Sequence record: DRR723986_44686
Reading direction: 5' to 3' (one strand)
DNA: 56,885 nt
Part shown: piece by piece, positions 39,965 through 48,530 of the stretch
Layout of the letters: every line of letters begins with the position of its first letter
How positions within the stretch are numbered: the first letter of the stretch is position 1
Position numbers and translations under genes: made by a program
Notes under the pieces: model-generated
What the model was told of the DNA's origin: nothing
The model's database searches: none
The model's input: the letters and a program-made list of their open reading frames with translations, nothing else

Positions 39965-42625
39965 CTACGGTTTGTTGTTATTGACTATTGTTTGAACTAA
40001 AATTGCCACTGTGGCTAGACTTGATGCTAACCCAATCCATGTTGCCGGCCCCATTCTGGTTCGAATTGGTTTTTTGGGCACTACTATTTCTGCTCCAGGT
40101 TCTAGTTCAGGATAAAATTTAAGACCTAAAAAGTTGTTGGTTTTTTTGGCGTCGCCATTTGCATAGACTACATAAGTCTTACCACGTCTAGCATCTTCGG
40201 TGAAACCGCCCGCTTTAGAAATGTATTTTTTCAACTTACTTTTCTTCATAAACCTAGTAGTAGTAGGCAATAAAACTTCCCCTACCATACGGACGGTTTG
40301 TAATTCCTTTGGAATTTGAATTATATCACCTTCGAGCAGGATCAAATCCTCTTCAGATCCAGGGTTATTTAAAATAAACTCCAGATCAATTCCCACAAAG
40401 TCCTGCTCCTTCAATCTCATAGAAGTGATAGTGGAGTCTTGTCTTAGGGTATCAAAAGCCGGAGTAATTTCAAAAAGCCTTCTTTTCTGCTCAGCTTGCT
40501 CCCTTTCAAACCTCTCCAATTCATTCTGAGCGAGTTTTGTGTCAATCCTCTCAAACAAAAGTTCTTCGGCTTCATTTGTATTTCTATTTGTTTCAGGATC
40601 TAAATTCGACCGTATTTCTTTCAGTGCCTCACTTCTTAACTCTTCCTCTGTAGGACCTTTGAAATATACTGTACGGCGAATTAGACTTGCTCCTTTAGGA
40701 TAGGCATACTGGGTAATACCACCAGCGCGCATAATAACATCCGAGATTCTCTCATTCGCAGTTGATATCGCGAAATCTCCGGGATATATAACTTCTCCTT
40801 GAATTGTGATCAATTGCTCTCTTTCAAACCCTGGACTTCTTCTAATAAAGACGTGGTCAAAAGGTTGAAGTGGCTGGTTTCGCTCTTCTTCTGTTAACTC
40901 CAAATTAGGGTCTATCGACATAGTCTCAATCTGGGCTAATTTGCCAGATGCTGCATCTCTTACTCTTCGAGCTATCTCAATAGACGAGTTTGTAGCTGAC
41001 TCCAACAATCCTCCTGATCTAATAATAAGATCTCCGACTGTCATATCTGTAGCATAGGGATAAGTACCTGGATAATTAATTTCCCCGGATATTTTCACAT
41101 AGTATTCCTCCTGCACATCGTATCTGCTCGGCACGAATAATAGATCTTCATTTTTCAAAGCGATATCCTCAGCCGTTCCGTTTAATATGCCTTTCAGGTC
41201 TAGTGGCTCAGCAGCGAGTGTCAAATCTGCACTTGTACGGTATAAGGTAGCTCTTGTAGCAAATGCTTCTGGTTTAAGCCCTTGTGCTTTTTCAACTAAT
41301 CCTTTTACAGTAAGTCCGCCTTCATCCAATGAATACTCTCCTGGACGAGTGACCGAACCCGTAACTTGAACCCGGTTTGAGAATCTTTCTAATGCTTCTC
41401 CGATTAAAATTTCATCGCCATCCTTCAAGGAAAATGATCCGAATTCGCTGGAGGGCACATCAACTACCTTACGTTGATTATTTTCAATACGTCTAACAGT
41501 TACTCTATCCTGATAAGCCAAACTTGTAAAACCACCTGTATAGATATAAAGATCTTCCAGTGATTCACTAGGTTTCACTTCAAAAAGACCTTCCCTACGT
41601 ACCGGACCAACGATTTCTATCCTAGTTCCTACAGGTGGAACGATCACAACGTCATTATCCTGAAGCGTAATATTTGAACTTTGAACGCCTTTGGAGAGGA
41701 ATTCATAAATATCTACTGTGGCGACAAGTCTGCTATCCCTGTACACCTGCACATTTCTAAAAGCCCCATTTTCATTAGGTCCACCAGCGGCATACAAACC
41801 ATTAAAAACTGTAGCAAATGAAGGAAGGGTATAAGTACCTGGCTTTGTCAACTCTCCTACCATTGAAACCTTAATGGACCTGATATTTCCTAACCTCAAT
41901 TGAATGAATGTATTTGGGTTAGAACCATTCAGACCCGAGTATATTCGACCCAGTGCGGTTTTGATTCTTCCTATTGCTGCTTCGATAGTTGATCCCCCCA
42001 CCTGAATTGGCCCCACATTTGGAACAAATACTCTTCCTTCTGGATTGACGTTCAAATCATAAGACTGTTGGGAGGCACCATATACATCAAGTAACAACTG
42101 ATCCCCTGAGCCTATCACATAAGATTGTGGGGTAGGAATATTTAAACTTGGGTTGAAATTCAAATCTCGGTTGTGAAACAACTTGTAGCCGAAAATCTTC
42201 TTTTGCTTCACAGTCAGATCATAGTAGGGATCGGATCTACGAATAGAATCAAACATATCAAGTTCCGAATACCCATTGACAATTCTACCGGAAGTAGCAT
42301 CCTGCCCTACTCCATCAGACATAACTGACATTTGCAGCTCAGAGATACGCTTACTTAATTTGGCAGCCTCCAAAGCAGGCATACCTCTTTCTCGAGCTAA
42401 GGCTGTTAACTGATTTGTGGTAAGTCCATTTGCTTCAGCTCTTTTAATGATTTGCTCGATCTGAGCATCAGACAAATCATCTACTTTTAGATTTTGAATT
42501 TCAGAGAGACTTTGACTTTGTGCAACAAAAGCCATCATCAAAAAGGCCAACATCAGTAGGCAATTCTTACAATTTATCAACGTAGTGTATTTTTTCAATT
42601 GTATAATTTTCGCGTCCAAATTCAA
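39965..42625 (-). CDS. SLBB-repeat polysaccharide export protein (large OPX/KpsD-like)
   Basis: Poly_export domain (YVIGSGD..VYG) and multiple GE-x-x-PG SLBB repeats; a TTG at 42598 gives a better signal peptide (MKKYTTL...). Confidence 0.88.
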   Translation of the reverse strand: MNLDAKIIQLKKYTTLINCKNCLLMLAFLMMAFVAQSQSLSEIQNLKVDDLSDAQIEQIIKRAEANGLTTNQLTALARERGMPALEAAKLSKRISELQMSVMSDGVGQDATSGRIVNGYSELDMFDSIRRSDPYYDLTVKQKKIFGYKLFHNRDLNFNPSLNIPTPQSYVIGSGDQLLLDVYGASQQSYDLNVNPEGRVFVPNVGPIQVGGSTIEAAIGRIKTALGRIYSGLNGSNPNTFIQLRLGNIRSIKVSMVGELTKPGTYTLPSFATVFNGLYAAGGPNENGAFRNVQVYRDSRLVATVDIYEFLSKGVQSSNITLQDNDVVIVPPVGTRIEIVGPVRREGLFEVKPSESLEDLYIYTGGFTSLAYQDRVTVRRIENNQRKVVDVPSSEFGSFSLKDGDEILIGEALERFSNRVQVTGSVTRPGEYSLDEGGLTVKGLVEKAQGLKPEAFATRATLYRTSADLTLAAEPLDLKGILNGTAEDIALKNEDLLFVPSRYDVQEEYYVKISGEINYPGTYPYATDMTVGDLIIRSGGLLESATNSSIEIARRVRDAASGKLAQIETMSIDPNLELTEEERNQPLQPFDHVFIRRSPGFEREQLITIQGEVIYPGDFAISTANERISDVIMRAGGITQYAYPKGASLIRRTVYFKGPTEEELRSEALKEIRSNLDPETNRNTNEAEELLFERIDTKLAQNELERFEREQAEQKRRLFEITPAFDTLRQDSTITSMRLKEQDFVGIDLEFILNNPGSEEDLILLEGDIIQIPKELQTVRMVGEVLLPTTTRFMKKSKLKKYISKAGGFTEDARRGKTYVVYANGDAKKTNNFLGLKFYPELEPGAEIVVPKKPIRTRMGPATWIGLASSLATVAILVQTIVNNNKP

Positions 42626-42750
42626 TTTAAACCAAGTAATCCAAACCCTAATTTCTGATTTTTAATCAATTTACAAGCTATTTCGCACAGCTTCGCCCTT
42701 TCAGTCACAAAAGCGCCTATCACAAAATTTACTCTATAAACTCGGGCTCC

Positions 42751-43269
42751 CTAAGCCCCTACCTCTTTGTCGAACAAAACCAAGCCCGTAGAGACCATCC
42801 TATCAGATAGCAAGGTCAATACCACTTTTCGTTCTATCATTTCCTCTATCTTATTCGAGAGGTTCAAAATGTAGCTCTCGTTAAGGTTATCTCCGGTGAC
42901 TACTACATCTATTTTTCCTGAGTCTATGCCTTTAGATAGATCCCCAACTAGGATTACTTGACTCACCTCTCCCATTCTCTCCAGAATTTGCTCGAGCAAC
43001 TTGTCCAAACCTAGATATTTACGAATGATATCTTGTATGTTAGAGAAAAAGGGATGAGTGACATTTGCCTTGTAGGCAATTTTATTTTTATCTGATTCCT
43101 TTACTAAAATACCTGCTTGTGTTAGGTTATTCAATTCCTTGCGAATTGCATTGGTCGACTCACCAAACTCGTCAGCCAAACCTCGCAAATGACTTTGTGT
43201 TTTGGAGTTAACAAAAAACTTAACAAGTAACCTCAACCTTGTTTTTGAGGTAATTAAGGATTCAAGCAT
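42751..43269 (-). CDS. ArsR-like winged-helix regulator with a C-terminal nucleotidyltransferase-like domain
   Basis: SKTRLRLL..HLRGLADEFGESTNAIRKELNNL..AG wHTH; VILVGDLSKG....IDVVV resembles a degenerate GS..G..SDID motif. Confidence 0.78.
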   Translation of the reverse strand: MLESLITSKTRLRLLVKFFVNSKTQSHLRGLADEFGESTNAIRKELNNLTQAGILVKESDKNKIAYKANVTHPFFSNIQDIIRKYLGLDKLLEQILERMGEVSQVILVGDLSKGIDSGKIDVVVTGDNLNESYILNLSNKIEEMIERKVVLTLLSDRMVSTGLVLFDKEVGA

Positions 43270-43287
43270 AAAAATTCACTTCAATAG

Positions 43288-43306
43288 TGAGTAACAAAGG
43301 TACTCA
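43288..43306. promoter_or_regulatory. Palindromic operator candidate, copy 2 (TGAGTAaCAAAGgTACTCA), enclosing the -7 box TACCTTTG of the regulator promoter
   Basis: 18 nt upstream of the regulator ATG; 17/19 identical to 19851-19869; TTTG at 43329-43326. Confidence 0.75.
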
Positions 43307-43530
43307 ATCGATTGAAATGGAAAAACAAAAGACTGGTTTTTGAAGTCAGACTAAGAACTTTTAACTAATTTCTTTTTTTTGATTATCAGCAATAATGCCA
43401 GTCGCCTGATAGTCTTTGCATATCAGATTGGAAGACAGAAGTAGCACAATCCCTAAGATTAACTACTCCTACCTTTCTTTTCTTTCCTTATTGGAATAGA
43501 AGCGGAGATACATATTGCTTTTTATCATTC

Positions 43531-43902
43531 TCATCCCCCATAGATATTATCAGGCTTTCTTTTGAAAAGATTGCGCAACAAACTTCCTGTCAAAGCGCTA
43601 AAAGCACCCAGTAAAAATCCGAGTATACCTGTGAGAGCCAAAAGTGGCATTTCAGAACCAAACCCCATTAATTCGCCCATTTTATCAGGCAATGAACTAC
43701 CTGAAAAAGTACTGATATAGATACTTTGACCTAGCCACGCTAAGCCCATCCCTAAGCCACCTGCAAAAAAAGCCGCTACGCCGCCATTACCAATTAAAGC
43801 TGCAAAAATTGCTATGATAATCATTACAGACCAGTAAGGCAGAAAGGGGTTGAAAATGAGGACAAGTACAGCCGTGAGAAAAGTAAATAATATAAATTTC
43901 AT
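43531..43902 (-). CDS. Small hypothetical membrane protein
   Basis: 123 aa with 3-4 hydrophobic Gly-rich helices; follows the acylase gene. Confidence 0.75.
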   Translation of the reverse strand: MKFILFTFLTAVLVLIFNPFLPYWSVMIIIAIFAALIGNGGVAAFFAGGLGMGLAWLGQSIYISTFSGSSLPDKMGELMGFGSEMPLLALTGILGFLLGAFSALTGSLLRNLFKRKPDNIYGG

Positions 43903-43999
43903 GTGTTTATAATTTGTCTTTTAATTGTCACATGGAATCTCGCTGGGTTTATAATTATCCTAGTGAGAGTCGTTTGCGACCTGCTCAATTTTATAGCGC

Positions 44000-46414
44000 T
44001 TAGTTTAAATTAGTTTTGAATAATAGGCCATCTACTTGATCAGGTGTTCTCAGGTCAAAGTTTAGGTATTCACCATTTGCCCAGATGGGGATGAAATTGC
44101 TATAAAATTTACTTCCAGGGTTTCCGGATTGACCACCTGGATAAACACCAAATGCTTTGACTTCTGGTCCTAATTCCACGACCATTCTCCAGCTTGCACC
44201 TGATCTACCACTTGTAGCATTCAAAATTCCAGCACCCCCTCCTGTGTAGACATTTTCCACAGAAAATGAATTAAACTGGGGAACAAGATGCTGAATCTTG
44301 GTTCTTTTATAATTAGCCCAGGAGTAATCCCCCTCCTCTTCTTCCCATTTTGTCATAACTTCTAGCAATCCTTTGAAACCAAATTTGATGTGGGTTGCTG
44401 CAGTCTCCCTTTCAGAGGTCTTCTTATGGTCAAACACTTCACTACTCTGCTCATTTTTCATAAATAATACCGTTTGATAATAGCTTGGAAGTACAACAGG
44501 TGCTAAATTTTCTGACAAGTCCTTCCATATCTGACTGTAAGTTTCTCGCCACCAGATATAGAATAAGGTTGGTGCTTTCTGATTTGGATCTGCATAAAAA
44601 TCCCATTGCTTCAAAATAGAAATGTATTTTTTTGCGGCAGCGTCATTTTCAACATCACTCCCAAGTAAGTCCAACATAATCGGAAGGGCTTCGGAAGCGT
44701 GTAGGTAAAAATCATCAAACTGTAGCCCTTGCATATCCTCCACAGTAATATTACTCATTTCAGATAGTCTGTTGTTGAGTCTGCGATTTCGATAAAATTC
44801 GTAGCTATTATCAAAAACATAGTACGGATACGTTGAATCCGTAGGGTGCTGGTTAGCTGAGCTAACAAAACCGCGAGAAGGATTTAATGTACTTGCATTT
44901 TGTTCATTCGGAATATATCCTTGCCATTCCATTTGCGGGTCTGCTCCATCCATAAAGAATTTTCCTTGCCCTTTCCATCTCAAAGGGAATTTACCCTGAA
45001 TCCTCATAGCTATATCACCACTTTTGGATGCGAAGACAAAATTTTGAGCTGGAGCAGTGAAATTATCTAGGGCAACATTATAGTCATCATGGTTTTTTGC
45101 TGTATTTAACTTTAAGAAAGTTTTTTGCTCATTTGATCCTTCATGTACATTCCATTTTAAGGCGAAATTGACATCTTGACGGTTGGAATTGAAGGTCTTA
45201 TCATACACCACAGGTCCATAATGGGTATAAACTACAGTGTCTATTAAAGCAGGCTCACCTTTTACTTTAATTTCTTCTATTCTAAAAGTAGTCTGCTCCC
45301 ATCTTTCGCCGTATCGGTAGGCTTTTCTAGCTTTATCCTGAAAAGTAATTTTATACCAATCACGTGTATCGCGAGTTGCATTGGTGACACCCCAAGCAAT
45401 ATTTTCATTAAACCCGGAAATAACACCTAAGGCACCGGGAAGAGTGGCTCCTTTCACTGAGTGATTAGGTGTGGTCAATTGCATGGAGTACCAAAGCGAA
45501 GGAAGATTTAAACTCAGGTGGGGATCATTGGCTAAAATTGGATTACCACTTTTCGTTTTCGAACCAGATACTGCCCAATTATTAGAACCTGTACCTTCTT
45601 CTGGTTGTGGTAAAGGATCAATGACTAGTTGATCGTTAGGGTAATTAATACTATCTGGCCGGGTAACTTCGAGAGACTTAAAGTCCCACTTGTGTCCTGC
45701 TTCAATGATGGGTTCCACACCAATTGGATATTCTGGATATAATTTATCCAGCATCACATCGCCTAGAATTTTTCTCAAATTCGAATATTCCAAATCCCGA
45801 TCACCAACCAACATATCGGTCATATATTTCAACAAAAGAATGGATTTAAATGCCGTCCAAGGTTCTGGTCTATAGTTTAGGATTTTATATTCTACCGGTA
45901 ATTGTGCATCTTCTAGCTGATCGATGTATTGATTCACTCCATCCGCATAGGCCTCTAATAGGGCATACGTCTCAGGGTCGGTTTCTTGGGTGAATTTTAT
46001 TCCTTTTTCCGCTCCATATGCCAAGCCTTTTCGTCTAGTCATCCTATCTAGATCTATAGCTAAGGGTCCGACTATTTCGGAGATTCTGCCTGCAGCAGCC
46101 ATAGTCTGGAATTCCATTTGCCAAAGTCTGTGCTTTGCAGTAATGTAACCTTGAGCTCTGTATAGGTCAGCTTCATTAGCAGCAAAAATGTGAGGAATCA
46201 AGTTCTCATCGTAAACCACTTCCACTTCACTGCTTAGGTTATTGAGTTCCAGTTCATCCTCAGCCAATTCATCTTCTGAAATTGAATTTTGCCAAAACCC
46301 ATGATTAGGGTCAAGCAAAGGCGCTAAGGGCGGTATCGCACCAAAGGGAGTGGAAACAGCTACTCCAAGTGCGATAGTCAGCGCTAAAACCACTAAAAAA
46401 CCTATATACTTCAT
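44000..46414 (-). CDS. Penicillin acylase family Ntn-hydrolase
   Basis: IPHIFA, HRLWQME, GSNNWAV nucleophile site, ANDPHL, PGGQSGNP. Confidence 0.93.
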   Translation of the reverse strand: MKYIGFLVVLALTIALGVAVSTPFGAIPPLAPLLDPNHGFWQNSISEDELAEDELELNNLSSEVEVVYDENLIPHIFAANEADLYRAQGYITAKHRLWQMEFQTMAAAGRISEIVGPLAIDLDRMTRRKGLAYGAEKGIKFTQETDPETYALLEAYADGVNQYIDQLEDAQLPVEYKILNYRPEPWTAFKSILLLKYMTDMLVGDRDLEYSNLRKILGDVMLDKLYPEYPIGVEPIIEAGHKWDFKSLEVTRPDSINYPNDQLVIDPLPQPEEGTGSNNWAVSGSKTKSGNPILANDPHLSLNLPSLWYSMQLTTPNHSVKGATLPGALGVISGFNENIAWGVTNATRDTRDWYKITFQDKARKAYRYGERWEQTTFRIEEIKVKGEPALIDTVVYTHYGPVVYDKTFNSNRQDVNFALKWNVHEGSNEQKTFLKLNTAKNHDDYNVALDNFTAPAQNFVFASKSGDIAMRIQGKFPLRWKGQGKFFMDGADPQMEWQGYIPNEQNASTLNPSRGFVSSANQHPTDSTYPYYVFDNSYEFYRNRRLNNRLSEMSNITVEDMQGLQFDDFYLHASEALPIMLDLLGSDVENDAAAKKYISILKQWDFYADPNQKAPTLFYIWWRETYSQIWKDLSENLAPVVLPSYYQTVLFMKNEQSSEVFDHKKTSERETAATHIKFGFKGLLEVMTKWEEEEGDYSWANYKRTKIQHLVPQFNSFSVENVYTGGGAGILNATSGRSGASWRMVVELGPEVKAFGVYPGGQSGNPGSKFYSNFIPIWANGEYLNFDLRTPDQVDGLLFKTNLN

Positions 46415-46497
46415 CGAATCATATTTAAGTAAGGAGACGAATTTACCCTAAACCTAATATTAAAACACATATCCGTTTGCCCTTTTGGTATTTACCT

Positions 46498-46535
46498 AAA
46501 AAAAAAGCCCTCAATTTTGAAATTGAGGACTTTTT
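46498..46535 (-). terminator. Intrinsic terminator after the DUF2911 gene
   Basis: Minus strand AAGTCCTCAATT-TCAA-AATTGAGGGCTT ending in a run of 9 T. Confidence 0.85.
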
Positions 46536-46551
46536 CAGGAAATGTAATTCC

Positions 46552-47127
46552 TTAATTTATTGTAATTGGTAGCTTAAGCTTCTCCCAGCGGATAACGATA
46601 CCTGGGTTTTCAATGTCTATAGAAAGTGACTCTTGGGTGGATTCTTCCCATACAGGAGTCACGTCTACTCTTAGCACGTCATTCTTTTCATCGTATTGGA
46701 AATGACCATGTTCCAGATCCCATTCCGAATTAAAAATAACTGTCCAAGCTCCTGTTTCTTTGGGAATTGTAAATAAGGAATATTTACCTGCTTTCAACTT
46801 CTTGCCTTCAACCGTCATGTCCTCAGCTAGGTCAACATAGGAGGCTTCATTTGCACCTGTTCTCCAAACCACATTGTATGGAACCAAATCACCCCACAGG
46901 TCTCTGCCTTTTACTGCGGGAGATCCATACTGTACTTTGATTGCCTTTCCGGCAATTTGACCTTCTTTCACCATTAATGGGCTTGGTCTGGATTCTGCTT
47001 CTGTAGCTGCTTCCATGGTCTCCTCAGCTACTACTGACTCTGAAGTTTCAATAGCCTTTGGTTCACTACATGAAGCAAAAACTATGGCTAAAATTGCTGC
47101 CGATAAAATAGGATGGTTCGTTTTCAT
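46552..47127 (-). CDS. DUF2911 domain lipoprotein
   Basis: Lipobox FASC; RPSP, YGSP..KGR, WRTGANEA, YSLFTIP. Confidence 0.88.
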   Translation of the reverse strand: MKTNHPILSAAILAIVFASCSEPKAIETSESVVAEETMEAATEAESRPSPLMVKEGQIAGKAIKVQYGSPAVKGRDLWGDLVPYNVVWRTGANEASYVDLAEDMTVEGKKLKAGKYSLFTIPKETGAWTVIFNSEWDLEHGHFQYDEKNDVLRVDVTPVWEESTQESLSIDIENPGIVIRWEKLKLPITIN

Positions 47128-47478
47128 CTATTAATGTTTTGTTTTTGAATTGGCGACCCGAAAACTATCGGGAGAAATCTGGCATGAGGAATAATCCTTC
47201 CAGGGTGTAGCGACCTTCGTCATGCGCGATTTCCTAGTGGTAATTTTCTATTGAAATAAGTAATAATTGACAAAGCTGCAAAATTCAAGCCTCTATTTTA
47301 CCATTTGTAGCACAATCATTTTATGGAGAAACAAATATTCTACCTTTACCAATTAGTTAAATGATATTTTGAATTCAATCTTCATTTGGATCGAAGATTG
47401 TGTATAACGTTAAAACACGAATCACTATAATAGGGACATGATTTATTGCTTACTTTATTTCCAGAATAATTTCAATTC

Positions 47479-48522
47479 ATGAAAGTCATTACCTGGTTAA
47501 TTTTTGCCGTTACCTTAGTGTTATTTGCCAGCGTATTTATCTCTCCGGAGTATTTCAAATACGTGGGACTTTTACCTTTCTTCATTCCAGTTTTTTTACT
47601 ACTGAATCTATTTTTGCTAGTAATTCTGATTTTATCATGGAGAAAACTATACTTTTTGCCTCTACTGGCGCTAATTCTGGGCTATAAATTTTTCCTTGCC
47701 ACATTCCAGATTCATCCTAAAAATGAGAATGTTGAAGGACTAAAAGTATTGACCTACAATGCTCATATGTTCTACTATAAATCCAGTAATAAAGGGGCTG
47801 CAGACTCGAATGTATTCACCTGGCTTCAGGATCAAGAGGCTGACGTAAAAGTTTTTCAAGAATTTTACCAAGATAACACTACGCCTTCCCGAGATGCGGT
47901 AAAAATTCTGGGGAAGAATTCTAACTACAAAGTTTCGTACCACATCACAGACGGTAATCCAAAGAAAAGATCAAATGGATTGGCGATCTTCTCTAAATAC
48001 CCAATCATCAATGACGGGAAAGTATTTGATGCTCAAGGCACAAACGGGGCTATTTTCGCAGATATTTTGGTGAATAGTGATACGATTCGAATTTATAATG
48101 CACATCTGGAATCCATGCGAATTGATTCAGATGGCTTGGAAAATATCGAAGGCGTAAAGGAAAATTATAGACAAACCTTAGGAAAGCTTCAACGAGGAAG
48201 TTTAGCCCGAAGCAAGCAACTGAAGGTCCTTTTGGAGCATATGGATAACAGTCCGCACCCATTGATCTTGATGGGAGATTTAAATGAAATCCCATATTCC
48301 TATACCTATTTCAAACTGAGTGAAAATTATGATAATGCTTTCGAAAAAGCTGGGACAGGATTTGGTTTCACTTACAATCGCATACTTTTCTTTCTAAGAA
48401 TTGATCATATTTTTTCAAGCCAAAAGCTTCAAGCGGTGCAATTCAAGACTCACAGAGAGGTTGACTATTCCGATCATTATCCTGTCACAGCTACATTCAG
48501 TTGGGACGGTTTTAAGCAATAA
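47479..48522 (+). CDS. Membrane-anchored endonuclease/exonuclease/phosphatase family protein
   Basis: N-terminal TM helices; TYN, FQE, HLES, MGDLN, RIDHIF, SDHYP. Confidence 0.92.
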   Translation: MKVITWLIFAVTLVLFASVFISPEYFKYVGLLPFFIPVFLLLNLFLLVILILSWRKLYFLPLLALILGYKFFLATFQIHPKNENVEGLKVLTYNAHMFYYKSSNKGAADSNVFTWLQDQEADVKVFQEFYQDNTTPSRDAVKILGKNSNYKVSYHITDGNPKKRSNGLAIFSKYPIINDGKVFDAQGTNGAIFADILVNSDTIRIYNAHLESMRIDSDGLENIEGVKENYRQTLGKLQRGSLARSKQLKVLLEHMDNSPHPLILMGDLNEIPYSYTYFKLSENYDNAFEKAGTGFGFTYNRILFFLRIDHIFSSQKLQAVQFKTHREVDYSDHYPVTATFSWDGFKQ

Positions 48523-48530
48523 TTTTACGT

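Noticed and set aside
42685-42745. TATAAACTC 9-mer and GCGAAG..GTGC shared with the operon B leader, and a GAGTAAATTTTG half-site
   Set aside because: Short matches in AT-rich DNA are plausible by chance, and there is no second arm; not supported as a third operator
19851-43306. The two 19-bp sites as ends of a 23-kb invertible segment (they also match in inverted orientation: TGAGTACC-N3-GTTACTCACT)
   Set aside because: The inverted match follows largely from the palindrome; the asymmetric CAAAG cores are in direct orientation; no recombinase is in the window; all genes are co-oriented. An operator is the simpler explanation
43938-43980. Hairpins between the acylase and small membrane protein genes
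   Set aside because: They pair better on the non-coding strand and have no U-tract; no supportable function
47174-47233. SRP RNA or a known riboswitch (SAM, TPP, cobalamin)
   Set aside because: A GGAA loop-like segment is present, but the conserved SRP internal-loop bases and riboswitch core motifs are missing
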